DNA of 64,000 bases from Octopus sinensis (GCF_006345805.1 NC_043010.1:63488001-63552000); one strand, 5' to 3'; shown: positions 37,891 to 54,840, numbered from the stretch's first letter. The notes: generated by a model from the sequence alone, not told the origin. A program made the numbers and translations.

Positions 37891-38863
37891 GGTAGCGGAG
37901 GGCTATACATATATATGTAATTATGTATGTATTCATAGTTGTAATAGTAAAGTTAATCCAAATAGTAATATTTTGAAATCATTTAATATGTATGTTTCAG
38001 GTCTGTATAGTATTTAATAAGAAAGGTATCCATTTTGTAAGATCTTCCTCAGTCAAAACATTTCAAAATATGAAGTAGTTGATAGAAATATTTCAATGTA
38101 TATGGTTAGAGCAATAAGTTGCCTACTATGTTAGGAAGATAAATATATGTATAGAGGGAGGGAAAGGAGGAGAGAGAAGAGAGAGAGAAAAAAGAGAGGA
38201 AAAAGAAGAGAAGAATATATAAATCTAGGCAGTGGAGAAAGAAAAGAAAGGAAGATGTATGCATGAATGGATAGTGTTGAAAGGAAATGGGATGGTTCTA
38301 TGTGTATGTTTTTATAGAAAATCTAAGGAAATGGACAAAGAGTAGCAAACCAAGAAGGGGAAGAATTTGGAGGAGAAAATGGCCAGGAAATAAACCAGGT
38401 GTCAGGGTGTGGTTGGAAGTTTGAGTAGGGAATGGAATTGGTAATGTATGGCCTTGAAAATATTAGTGGTTTCAAGGCACTTTTTATTAAATAATAATCA
38501 TGATACCAGTAGTATAGACGTACAAACATATACATATATACAACACATAGACACACACATAGTCACATGGGAAAACACACACACACATGCATGCAGCCCC
38601 CTCCTTATATATATGCGTGTGTGTGCGTGTAATATACATATATACACACATACATACATACATATTCATGTTTGCTATTTTATAATAATTACTGGTATCC
38701 TTATATATTACTATATCTTATATCTTATATCTTATATGTAAAGCATAATATGTTATATGTATGTATATTATTGTAATTATCAATTTAGTAAATAAATAAG
38801 TTAACATAATATAATGTCTAAAAGTTGATGAACCACCTATTAATCCCCTCCATTTTCTTATTG

Positions 38864-38884
<21 letters not shown>

Positions 38885-38899
<15 letters not shown>

Positions 38900-39030
38900 A
38901 GCAACAAGAATGAATCCGGTAATTTAGTACAATTGTTTCATACTACAACATTTTATTAACAGCTGTAAATATTACAGCAGATCTAAGATGCTGAGTAATC
39001 TTCAGCTAATTTTATATAGGTTTTCCAATA
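38885..39030 (-). mobile_element. Short Penelope-like 3' fragment with a degenerate hammerhead
   Basis: CTGAAGA-ttac...gtaa-...ACAGCTGT, then AATAAA, abutting (TA)n; same layout as 48045-48520. Confidence 0.4.
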
Positions 39031-39228
39031 ATATAAAAGTTTTCAAATCAATTAATAACATCTTAGGGAAGGTAAATATACAGATAAAGAGGTAGATATG
39101 AATCTTAGGAACATGAGGTCGTGTGGTTCAGATGCTAACTGACCAAAACCTTGTTTATAACTCTGATTATAATCACCCCGCATATTTTTATGGGTAACAC
39201 CATACAAAATTCTGGTGCATCTAAATTA

Positions 39229-39800
39229 AGTACCATATTCATTTGAATCTAAATTGTTGCTGATATATATATATATATATATATATATCAGCATTATGAA
39301 ATACTCTGGGAAAAGAGATGGCGAAAACTCACTCCAGGAAAGAACTTAGACAATGACAAAAGTAACTCTAATTTACGATATGCCCATCGCCACATTCAGG
39401 GAGATCAAGATTAATCGAGCAGATATTGTTGGCAAGGATCATGAGAAAAGGAAGTGACTCTTGAATGACGTATTATTCCCAACAGATAATGATGTATCAC
39501 TGAAGAAACAGTGAATTTATCTAAATATAAACATCTGGAAATAGAGTTACAGAATGTGGAATCTGAAGAGAGAAACAATCCCCATAATAATAAGTGGCTT
39601 GGGAATGATTTTAAAATATATAAGAACAAAACATAACCAAAACCCCAGGATCTAGAAATATACTCAATGTAAAGAAATGGTACTACTAGGTATCGCACAC
39701 ATATATTATGAAGGGTACTTTCAATGTATTTGAAAGAAGCACAAAAGGGCAACTATTGAAGGACCCAAGGAGGAAAGAGAAATAATTTGTAAATTGTAAC
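39229..39800 (+). mobile_element. R4/Dong-like RLE-domain remnant
   Basis: IKINRADIVGKDHEKRK*LLNDVLFPTDNDVSLKK...LSKYKHLEIE...LLGIAH; same family as 13921-14075. Confidence 0.75.
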
Positions 39801-40854
39801 ACAAGACTACATGAAGTGATAAGGGCTTTGAATTTTGGTACAGGTCCAGCAGTTTTGTTGGGTGGGAAAAGTCAATGCATTTTCTAAGTGGTCTTTTGAT
39901 GAAATTAGAAACTAACCTATTCTTTTTAAAATACATATTATTGTGTCCTTATTCTGTCTTAGATTACATCCTGCAATTTTAAAACACTGATTTTACAAAA
40001 TTCTACAAATCCAATGTGTTTTTCAGGAACTGTGTTAAATCTAAGAATTTGGTTTGTGTCATGACAGAGGCAAAATTAGGTTCTTTAACACAGCTTTTAT
40101 AAGTCCTTTAACATGCTTGTCTCTGTATGAGTATTGTTGTTGCTGTTATTGTTATCTTTAAAATTATTTGTTAGACAGCTCAAAATATTTTTCCTTCTAT
40201 GACTTGTTCGTTAAAATGTTCATTATTTTCTTTTATTTCATTCTATTGTGTAAAATTACTATTGTGTTGTCTTTTTCTTCTAATGCTTGGTGAGTGTATT
40301 TAACAGACATTTTCAATGTGAAATTTGATCAAAATATGTAAGTAAATAAAATAAAGTTTCTTAAAACAAACCACTTTTTTTTATCTACCTATGTTATGCA
40401 CCAAAAGAAAATATCCTTTATTGATAATAATTATATTGTTATCAGCAAAGGATTAAATTTAGAAGCTAAAATGGAAGATATGCTTATTATATAGGTGTTC
40501 AATGTATTGTTAATCTTCAGTTTGTAATTTAATCATAAATTTAGATGTCAATATGTTATATCACATTGTGTGAGGTTATTTGGAGTTATAAACCATATTT
40601 AATGGTATTTAACAAAATTTTTTTACCAAAAATGTGTCTTGAAAAATCCTCCTCCCAGGTCCAGTATGCAAAGTTGAGTGACCCATGAGCTTCAATGCAC
40701 TAAAAACTTTTTCTTGAATATGTGCTGTTGAAATTTGGGTGCATCTAATATGCACATCAAATATGGCAATACTTGGAGGCTGTGGCAGTGAATATCCAGA
40801 TTTTTCAACCACATCTATCACATTCACTTGTGTTTTCATAACTTATAAAATATT

Positions 40855-41160
40855 GGGTGGAGGTGCAATGACCCAGTGGTAAGGGTAGTGGACTCGCGGA
40901 CGGAGGATCGCGGTTTTGATTCCCAGATTGGGCAAAGTGTGTGTTTATTGAGCGAAAACACCTAAAAGCTCCCCGAGGTTCCAGCAGGGGGTGGTGGCGA
41001 CCCCTGTTGTACTCTTTCGCCACAACTTTCTCTCACTCTCTCTTCCTGTTTCTTGAGTAACGCTGCGATGGACTGGCATCCCGTCCAGCTGGGGGTAACA
41101 CATACGCCACAGAAACTGGGAAACCGGGCCCATGAGCCTGGCTAGGCTTGAAAAGGGCTA
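40855..41160 (+). mobile_element. SINE-D, tail type 1
   Basis: ggtgcaatgacccagtggtaagg...ggttttgattccc...gatggactggcatcccgtccagc...cttgaaaagggc. Confidence 0.9.
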
Positions 41161-41574
41161 AAAAAGAAAAAGAAGAAGAAAACATTGGAAAGTGATTGTA
41201 AAAAACAGTGGATCTTAACCTCAGGAATAACTCCTCCCAGGGGACATTATGTGATCATAAGGGAACAGAGAATATGAAAAAGCGAGCTCAATGGAGATTG
41301 TTCAGCAAGGTTGTGATTCTTTTTAGAAATAAAATATTTAAAACAAAGCCCAGTACTTTTATTTTTAACACACTTTCAAAAAATCTTTGTAAGGATTAAA
41401 ATATGAGTCAGACATTGTGCCATCAATGAGCAGAAAACATGACTGATGATGCATCAAGGGCCAATACAATTTTGTCATATAAATTCATGTTTTCTGTAGT
41501 AAATAGTAGCTTATGAAACTCATAACTCTGCACATGCTATTTTATAGCACAATCGAAATCAATCAAAAATCAAG

Positions 41575-42059
41575 GACAAGTGAGACCATAACCCGTGGCC
41601 TTTACCTGGGATGTAGCCAGTCCACTTATGCATACCTTTCCTTCTTGGGACACAAAACTCTGCTTGCGAAGACCTGTTGAGGCAAGTGAAATCGAAATTA
41701 ATCAAAAATCAATGGAAATTGTAGATGTGATACCAGTGCTGGTGGCACGTAAAAGAACCATCCAAACGTGGATGTTGCCAGCGCCGCCTCAACTGGCCTC
41801 TGTGCTGGTGGCACGTAAAAAGCACCAACCGATCATGGCCGTTGCCAGCCTTCCCTGGCACCTGTGCCGGTGGCATGTTAAAAGCACCCACTACACTCAC
41901 AGAGTGGTTGGCGTTAGGAAGGGCATCCAGCTGTAGAAACACTGCCAGATCAGACTGGGCCTGGTGCAGCCTCCTGGTTTCCCAGACCCCGGTCGAACCG
42001 TCCAACCCATGCTAGCATGGAAAGCGGACGTTAAACAATGATGATGATGATGATGATGA
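41575..42059 (+). mobile_element. RTE 3' UTR
   Basis: Three hairpin units, the terminus and (GAT)n. Confidence 0.88.
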
Positions 42060-42499
42060 TTTAGCACCTTTTTTTTTTTTTTACTTAAAACTGCATTTTT
42101 AAGGAATGTATCTAGGGTGCCTGTTATTGATACCCATCTCTTTCTCTTGCGATCTGATGGAAGAGATGCATGATAAAGAGATAAGTGATAGAAAAATGAA
42201 TGATACAGGGACATGAGATAGATATTTTGGTAGGGAATTCCAATCTAATACCCAGTGGTTTGGTAGCTTAGGTCCTTGCAAATATACAAAATAAAATTTA
42301 CTCACCAACTACAAACTTTCTGACTTACTGATGATTGCACAATTGCATAAAACTGGAAATCACACAGTTTGTCTGAGAGAAAAATATCTATATTTATATC
42401 AGCATTTTATCTATCTGTTTTCATATGTATATTAACCATATATCTCGCTTGTGCATCATTGCATAGCCTCTATGACCTTCATACAGGCCAGACTTGAGT

Positions 42500-46200
<3,701 letters not shown>

Positions 46201-46662
46201 ACAACCCACACATACACACTCAAAAGCCGTGTTTGTAGGAGTTTCATACTTGGGTATATCTGAGCAATCATCGGATGATATGGTAAAATGCTATTCATGT
46301 AAGACGGAATGGATGGCTGCAAACAGTATATGGTCGTGTGTAAGTTGTTGCAAAGGGAGTAATTCAATTTTATATGGCCACATGCATGTGTGAGGTGTGT
46401 AACTGTACCTCTTGCCACCACCCTTCATTACTGCTGGCGACACACACACACATACACACACGCACACACACACACACACACATAGTTGAAGGCAGAGCTG
46501 TGAGGAGGTACAGGGCATAGCTGTGTGGTAAGAAGCTTGCTTCTCAACAACATGGTTCTGTGTTCAGTTCCACTGCATGGAAACTTGGGCAAGTGTCTTC
46601 AACTGTACACCAGGCTGACCAAAGCCTTGTAAGTAGATTTGGTTGATGGAAACTGAAAGAAA

Positions 46663-46743
<81 letters not shown>

Positions 46744-46756
46744 CATATATCATATA

Positions 46757-47616
46757 CAGGGTGTGATGGGTAAGTTGTTGCCATTTTATACATTTAATTT
46801 TGTGAATGTGCAATGTTTGTTTTTGATTTTGTCGACTACACAGTTTAGTAGGGTCAGTTGGGCACCATCTGTGAGAAAAACAGCACCATGATGCAATTTA
46901 CTCTGCTAGAAATTTGGAAACAACATGCCATACAGCTTGACATTCATGCCAGATGCTCCAATATGAACATTTCAGAGTGTTTAGGTGTCAATCTGAAGAC
47001 AGTGCAATCTGAGGATATGTACTGAGAGTGATAAAAATCAAACATCCAGTCAACATCATGGTGTTTGGAGTGATCACTAGTGATGGCGACATTATGCCTC
47101 CATTCATCTTCCCACATGGCCTCAAACTGAAAATGGAGGTTTACATCAAGTGCCTGGAGGAGGTAGTGCTAACCCTGTGTCTGGCAACAGGACTCTGCAC
47201 CATGCCACACAAGCAAGAGAACCCAGTCATGGCTGTCAGACAATTTCTGTGACCACATCACCCCTAACATCTGGCCACCTAACTCACCAGACTGCAACCT
47301 CTTTGATTATTATTTGTGGGGCACAGCTGAATGAGAGACCAAAACAAAACTCCTTGTAACTCCAAAATGAACTTAAAACAAGGATTATGGCAGCATTCAT
47401 TAACTTAAACAAGGAAACCATCCAGAAAAGTTGCAGGAGATTCCGAAGTTATCTGGAGGCCATGGTTGAAGCCAATGGCAATGTTATTGAATAAATTTAC
47501 TCTTTAGTATTTCAGGATATTTTTATGGAATTTCAGTAAATAAATCTGTTAAAATGAGATGTCAGTGTTATTTCATTTTTGCATAATTTAGATGACAATA
47601 TATTCACCTCACCCTG
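46757..47616 (+). mobile_element. Internally deleted maT/DD37D-like Tc1-mariner element
   Basis: TA|CAGGGTG...CACCCTG|TA; KHPVNIMVFGVITSDGDIMPPFIF...QDSAP(C)H...WPPNSPDCN. Confidence 0.85.
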
Positions 47617-48044
47617 TATTTATGTTTGACATACATCTACAGATGCAATGCTTGGACACATCATTAATGTTGAATCCTGGAGTCACTGGGATTTGAGGTC
47701 CTACAACATATACCCTCACCCAAGCAAACTAACCCAAGTTGGTCAAGCCAAGGCCTGTGTCCATGTAGCATTCTACTGAACCCCATCCCCACCCTGATCA
47801 CTTCTTTTTCAGCCAGAGCCCTCTTGACATTTTCTCAGAAGCCATTGTTCTTGATGGCTCATTTGCAAGTGCATGAAATGCCCAGAGACCCAGAGGCCTT
47901 ACTCAGAGAATAGCCTTTAAGCCCCTGACTGCCAACCTCCACTTGCAAACACCTTGCTTTGAACTAATTTTTGTGGCAGTCCTACAAATACATAAATATA
48001 TGCATAACATATATATATATATATATCATCATCATCGTTATATA

Positions 48045-48520
48045 TATATAAGATAAGAAAATGGAGAAATACATGTAAATCAAATATCAATTACCAGATA
48101 ATACTCAATCACATACTTTATTAAACCACCACATAAGAGACTGTAGGGTTAAACATAAAAAAGCAGAATAAATCAGTGTACATAAAGGAATGTACATAAA
48201 AAAGTGTACATAAAAGAGTAATGTTATATAATAAGTAGAATATATATTAAAAAGAGAATATAAATATAAATAAATATAAATATAAGTATAGATTACATCT
48301 TACAGCTGTTTCGGCCATGTAGAATAAGTATGTCTCATTTTACCAATATTAGCCTTTTATGGTAGGTCAATATATAGATATAAATGAGACATTTACAAAA
48401 ATATCATAAGGCCTCTTCGGAGATATATGTATGTGTATATCTTTTAACCAATGTACATCCATGAAGGATGGAATCATTTTCAAGAAAAGGGAAATGAAAA
48501 TTTGAAACCCATATTTCTCT
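48045..48520 (-). mobile_element. Penelope-like 3' segment
   Basis: Contains the hammerhead fold below, then AATAAA, and abuts (TA)n; PLE assignment rests on the ribozyme type. Confidence 0.5.
48294..48427 (-). ncRNA. Minimal type-I hammerhead ribozyme, core variant U4C
   Basis: UAUAUCU-CCGAAGA-GGCC...GGCC-GAAA-CAGCUG-UA-AGAUGUA: 7-bp stem I, 4-bp stem II base with an 11-bp inner helix, palindromic stem III. Confidence 0.75.
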
Positions 48521-49185
48521 ACTATTATTCCATTTGCTAACCAACAAATAATGATTACAGCTGCCTTTTGATGCAGTTTCTATTCAGGACGGTGCTTTCA
48601 TGCTTCCCTTTCAGCCAGCCACTGCACAGAATGTCATGAGTTGGCTAGTAGAATCCATTTTCTATTGCAAGTCGGAATACAATCAAGAAAAAGATTATTC
48701 TTGTTGTGTAAAAGAACTCCTGAATAACCTTAACAACGACCATTTTCCTTTTTGTTCATATGGCACCCATTTGTCAGGTTTTTTTACTTTCCAAAGTTGT
48801 ACAAATATCATACAACTGTTGAAAGGACAATATTTACTTCCTCTCCAGCCTCTTGAATTATTTTGACGGATTCAGTCAATAATGACCCTCAACTGGCCAT
48901 TGTGAATTGATGAAGGTCATCTACAATATTTCTCAATTTGTCTTCATTACAGAAATATTTGAAATCATTGTTGAGTTGTACATTGACAATCACCAAATCA
49001 AAATGTTCGGTTGATATTGCAAGCAGTTTCTGCTGTTTCAAGTTCCATTTTCAACTAAGAAAACCCCACTTCAATTTACTATTTCTTCCTGTCTTTAATA
49101 CGACACAAAAATAAACAGAAATAAACACTGAAAACAAAACCATTAGCATAAATCAATAAGATCAACAAAATCTGCACTTTTAAAG
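48520..49185 (-). mobile_element. Decayed mariner transposase, N-terminal half
   Basis: ETAETACNINRTF...KKPDKWVPYE...TCNRKWIL...KLHQK correspond to the mariner WVPHEL, TGDEKW and LHQKK motifs. Confidence 0.7.
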
Positions 49186-49189
49186 TGGA

Positions 49190-49234
49190 ATCGGTTGTCA
49201 AGCATTGTTGGGGGGGGATAAACACAACACACAA

Positions 49235-49311
<77 letters not shown>

Positions 49312-49475
49312 TATATACGACAGGCTTCTTTCAGTTTCCGTCTACCAAATCCACTCACAAGGCTTTGGTCAGCCCAAGGCTATAGTAGAAGACACTTGCC
49401 CAAGGTGCAACGCAGAGGGACTGAACCCGGAACCATGTGGTTCGTAAGCAAGCTACTTACCACACAGCCACTCCT
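49190..49475 (-). mobile_element. SINE-A, head to mid-body
   Basis: Reverse complement of the 5068 and 15096 copies. Confidence 0.88.
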
Positions 49476-49489
49476 ATTGAATGTTATAT

Positions 49490-50142
49490 TCTTTTATTTG
49501 TTTCACTTATTCTTGGACAAGTCGTCCTTTACCTTATTTCCAAACCACAGGTCGAGTACATGTGTGGAGACAGCCAAAAGTAGCATTTGACCCAGAATGC
49601 CTTCTTCCAACTGTTAAACATGGAAGAGGATCTGTGATGATCTGGGGTGGGGGGCTATATCTTGGAAATCTGCAAGCCCAATGGTTTCCCTTCCTGGCAG
49701 AATTAATAGTCAAGATTATTTAAGCATTTTAGCTCATCAAATTCATCCTATGGTTGCGGAACTGTTTCTGGAGGGAAACACAAACTTTCAGGATGATAAT
49801 GCCCCAATTCACACTGCTAAAGTTGTTATTGAATGGCATGAGGAACGTTCTAGTGAAGTTGAACATCTTATCTGGCCACCACAGTCCCCAGATCTCAATA
49901 TTATGGAACATTTATGGTGCATTTTAAAAAATCAGGTAAGGAGTTGATATCCTCCACCATCATCACTACAAGAACTAGAGACTGTTTTAGCTGAAGAATG
50001 GACAAAAATTCTTTTGGAAACAATTCAAACTTTGTACAAGAATTCACAGAATTCAAGGTGTAATTATTGCCAGAGGCGGTCCTACCCCATATCAAAATAA
50101 ACTTGAAATTTTAAGGTGTTTCTGTTATTTTGTCCAACCCTT
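49490..50142 (+). mobile_element. Tc1 (DD34E) transposase catalytic-domain remnant with right end
   Basis: DKSSF...TVKHGRGSVMIWG...FQDDNAPIHTA...WPPQSPDLNIMEHLW...GGPTPY. Confidence 0.9.
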
Positions 50143-50145
50143 AAT

Positions 50146-50535
50146 ATATCATCATCATCATTATCGTTTAACGTCCGCTTTCCATGCTGGCATGGGTTGG
50201 ACTGAGTACTGGCAAACCAGAAGGCCGCACCAGGCGCCAATCTGATCTGGCAAGGTTTCTACAGCTGGATGCCCTTCCTAACACCAACCACTCCAAGAGT
50301 GTAGTGGGTACTTTTTATGTACCACCAGCATGGAGGCCAGTCCAGCGGCACTGGTATCGATCATGTTTGAATGGTGCTTTTTACATACCACCAGCATGGG
50401 AGCCAGTCAGACAGCATTGGCATTGGCCACACTCGAATGGTGCTTTTTATGTGCCACCAGCACGAGAGCCAGTCCGGCAGCACTGGCATCGACCATGCTT
50501 GTATGGTGCCTTTTTACGTGCCACTGGCATGGGTA
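50146..50535 (-). mobile_element. RTE 3' UTR, 4 units
   Basis: (CAT)n, the terminus and four ggtgctttt...gccacc units. Confidence 0.88.
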
Positions 50536-51256
50536 CCAGTCCAGCAGCACCGTATGTATACTATATCACTGTACATGTGCTATATTATTGTGTTTATACA
50601 GGGTAATACACAAGAGATGACATCAGACTTGCTATCTTGCATTGTCCCCAAATTGCAGAGGAGGGGTATTGTCAACTGGATTGAACTGAAATGATGTGGC
50701 CGGGATTTAATTTACAGACTCCAGATAGAGATAAAAGGGGTCATTGACCTTTACTCAATTTGAACACCAAAAGTAAGGGGAGCCTGTCACTTTGCTATTT
50801 CAACCAATGCATAATCCCTCCTCCTCCTCCTCTTCTTCTTCCTCTCCTTCTTCTTCCTCCTCCTCTTCCACCGCCGCAGCCACCACTGTCACCCATTTAA
50901 GATATGAATATGATTTAATCTCAATTTGTGTCTGATATTTCGTAAACCCCAGGAAGAAGAATGAAAAGCCCAGATGACATTGGCGAGACTTGCAGTCAGA
51001 AAGTAAGGAGATGTCACTGGAGAGTGCAGGTATTTGGTCTGATACTCAAAAAGAACTGATAACAGGAGAGAATTTGATAGTTTTGAGTAGCCATACACGG
51101 AAGGGTAGATAGAAGGAAGATGGGAAAGTCAGAGAGAAGAAGTCTATGGGAGAAGGTTGAGGAAAGAAAGAGTGAACAAAAAGAGAAAGAGAGAGGGAGT
51201 GGCGAACAGAGAGAAAGAGAGAGAGTGACAAATGAGATGGTAGACTTCAATCATCA

Positions 51257-51603
51257 CTTGGTAAAACCACCAACCACCCAGTTAGTCCTTGGTAAAACCA
51301 CCAACCACCCAGTTAGTCCTTGGTAAAACCACCAACCACCCAGTTAGTCCTTGGTAAAACCACCAACCACCCAGTTAGTCCTTGGTAAAACCACCAACCA
51401 CCCAGTTGGTCCTTGGTAAAACCACCAACCACCCAGTTAGTCCTTGGTAAAACCACCAACCACCCAGTTAGTCCTTGGTAAAACCACCAACCACCCAGTT
51501 AGTCTTTGGTAAAACCACCAACCACCCAGTTAGTCCTTGGTAAAACCACCAACCACCCAGTTAGTCCTTGGTAAAACCACCAACCACCCAGTTGGTCCTT
51601 GGT
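51257..51603. repeat. Near-perfect 31-bp tandem repeat, 11 units plus 6 bp
   Basis: CTTGGTAAAACCACCAACCACCCAGTTAGTC; three substitutions seen (units 5, 9, 11). Confidence 0.97.
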
Positions 51604-52617
51604 TATCATTTGTGGAGTTCACTTTGCTATAATATGAGATTTAAGACCACATCTCTGCTTTTGCAATAACCACTTCCTCTACCACTAGTCTTGAAGGCCT
51701 GAAAAAGAAAGGGGTCATAGGAACTATCCTTCTCTCCCTGACTAAGCAGTATAAAATGGAAATAACAAATAGAAGAGGCTGATTATATTTGTGTTGTTAA
51801 AATCAATGTAGGAAAGAAAGAAGGGAAAGGTGATGGAGAGAGAAGAAACATGTATACCAGAAGAGAAGATTGTTAAATAGATGTAAAAAGAAAGAGAATG
51901 ATTGAGATAGAGAGGGAGGTGAGGAAACTGAGAGAAAATGACTATAAAAGGAATTAAAGAAAGGGATAAAGAATTGAGTTAGAGAGAGAGAAAGAACTGA
52001 GACAGTGGGAGTGAGGACAAAAAGAGTAAGATTTAAATTAAAGTGAGATTAAAGAGAGACGGTGGGAGATGTGGGGGAGAGAAAGGGGAACGAACAGGAA
52101 GGAAGAGAGCAAGAATTGAAGACAGACAGAGAATAAAGGAAAGGAGGAAGGAATGGTAAAAGAGAAGAAATTAGAGACACATGAAGATGTAACAGGAAGA
52201 GGAGATGAGAGAGAGAAGAATGATGGTAGAAAGAGATAGGGAAAGAGAAGGATAATGACAGGAAGAGAGAGGACAAGAAGACAAAGACGGAGATGGTTAA
52301 CTTTTGGAAAAGTCTGCAAACAAGACGACGCAAAAGAAAAATCAATGTCGCTAAGGACGGACGTAAGATTCAGATTAGTGCTGGAAGATTGTTGTGGATG
52401 AATAGAAGCAGTGGTGAGGCGAGAGGAAATGGCTAATGGGAGAAATGAATTATGGAAAACGACTTGGCAGGGGTCTGGTTTTTGAACAAAGTAACATCTT
52501 GCATAGAAAATGTGTTATGATGTAAGTGGCCCTAACAGTAATTTTTCACACACACACACACATATGTGCGCCTCTGTGTGTGTGTATGTATGTTTGTTTG
52601 TATGTATGTGCGTATGC

Positions 52618-52652
<35 letters not shown>

Positions 52653-52687
52653 ATGTATATATATATAAATACACATTTATATATATG

Positions 52688-52828
<141 letters not shown>

Positions 52829-53202
52829 TTCATTCAGTTTAAAAGATTCGTTAAGAATCACGCCATATCAACAGAGAAGACACCAGAAAATGGCTAGGTA
52901 TAATTACATAGAACTGACGAACATTGCAGACATCAAATGCTGAGAGGATACTGTAGCTATGTAAATACCAAATCCAGTTAATAACCAATGATCCAACTCA
53001 AAAGTAGATCTTTTGGTACAGCACGAGTGTAAAAGAGTAATGCAGAAATGGTATCTAAATTAGTGATGGCTATTTCGGTAGAACTTATTTCAGTGTAATC
53101 ATAAAAGATTACATTATATTACATAATTCTACCATCATCAGGTTTAATTTAAATGGTCAACCAGTGACTTACCTTTCTTATTTCAGCTGAAATAATTAAC
53201 TG

Positions 53203-53820
53203 AGGTGGTCAAGCATGACCTTCGTATGTTGGGCCTCACAGAGGCTATGACGAAAGACTGAGACCTCTGGAGATATTCTGTGACTTCAAAGACCCAACAA
53301 ATGAAGTGAGTTCATGGCTCGCAGGACGGCCTGCTGTGCTAACCTTGGATCGTAGAGTGACCCGCTGTGCTTGAGGAGACCTATTGAGTCAAGTACGTCA
53401 ACACCAACATCAAAATAAAAGTCAAATGGAAATTGTAGTTGTGATACCTGTGCTGGTGGCACGTAAAAAGCACCAACCAATCGTGTTTGTTTACCAACCA
53501 CCTCTGGCCCCTGTGCTGGTGACACATAAAAAGCACCCACTACACTCAGGGAGTGGTTGGTGTTAGGAAGGGCATACAGCTGTAAAAACACTGCAAAATC
53601 AGTCTGGAGCCTGGCACAGCCTCCTGGCTTCCCAGACCCCGGTCGAACCGTCTAACCCATGTTAGCATGGAAAACTGACGTTAAACGATGATGATGATGA
53701 TGATATATATATACACACACATATATATATATATACATATATGCATATATCATCGTCATCATCATCGTCGTTTAACGTCCGTTCTCCATGCTAGCATGGG
53801 TTGGACGGTTCGACCGGGGT
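53203..53820 (+). mobile_element. RTE 3' fragment (to 53705) plus an inverted copy of the terminus (53749-53820)
   Basis: EVVKHDLRMLGLTEAMTKD ORF end, 2 units and the terminus, then a reverse-complement terminus ~45 bp later. Confidence 0.88.
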
Positions 53821-54018
53821 TTTACATATATATATGTAAATGTTGAACGATGAAAATGAGTGCTCAACACTGCATTAGTGGATATAATTCCTTTATTTTT
53901 GAGTTAAGGCTACCATTAGTTTCATGTTACGAAAAGTAGGAAAATATCCTAGAGTCTTAACAATATTTCAAACCAATCACATGGAGAAAAGTGTTTGCCA
54001 CCATTTTGGAAAACACTT

Positions 54019-54087
<69 letters not shown>

Positions 54088-54278
54088 GTGGGGAGAGAAT
54101 TCACAAAAAAACAAAAGACAAAGACATGTGGTGCAGGCAACAAACAGATGTATTAGTATAACACTCGTGAAGTGAAAAAGTCTTTAAAGTTTTGAGCCTA
54201 CGCTCTTCCACAGAAAGGAACACAGAAAGAAACAAGGAGAGAAAATAAAAAATGTGTAGTGGTTAGCGATCTATCATG

Positions 54279-54401
<123 letters not shown>

Positions 54402-54687
54402 ATGATGATACATTTCTGACAAGATAAAATGTACTCTCTATCTCTGTTTCTCTCCTTCTCTGTCTTTTGCAAAGAGTGAAGAATAATATCATTGGTTACA
54501 GGTTTCCAATTGTCCAACTACTAGTTTGTTGCATTTCTGATGGTTTGAATTACAAGGAAATTCTTTGAAATGCGATGTTGAACAAGTATTTCAAAAGACT
54601 TCATAAAAACATTGGTTTTTCTGTTTATTTGCAATTTTTTGCCAATATACATTGGTAATGCTAGCTGCAAGAACACCACACCATCTG

Positions 54688-54773
<86 letters not shown>

Positions 54774-54774
54774 T

Positions 54775-54829
<55 letters not shown>

Positions 54830-54840
54830 TAGATATAGAT

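Noticed and set aside
40609-40839. 76-aa minus-strand ORF with plausible splice sites
   Set aside because: Its middle (tattgccatatttgatgtgcatattagatgcaccc) resembles a decayed Tc2/pogo-type terminal repeat, and there is no recognisable protein similarity.
51257-51603. CRISPR array
   Set aside because: Units are directly adjacent with no unique spacers, there are no cas genes, and the context is eukaryotic.
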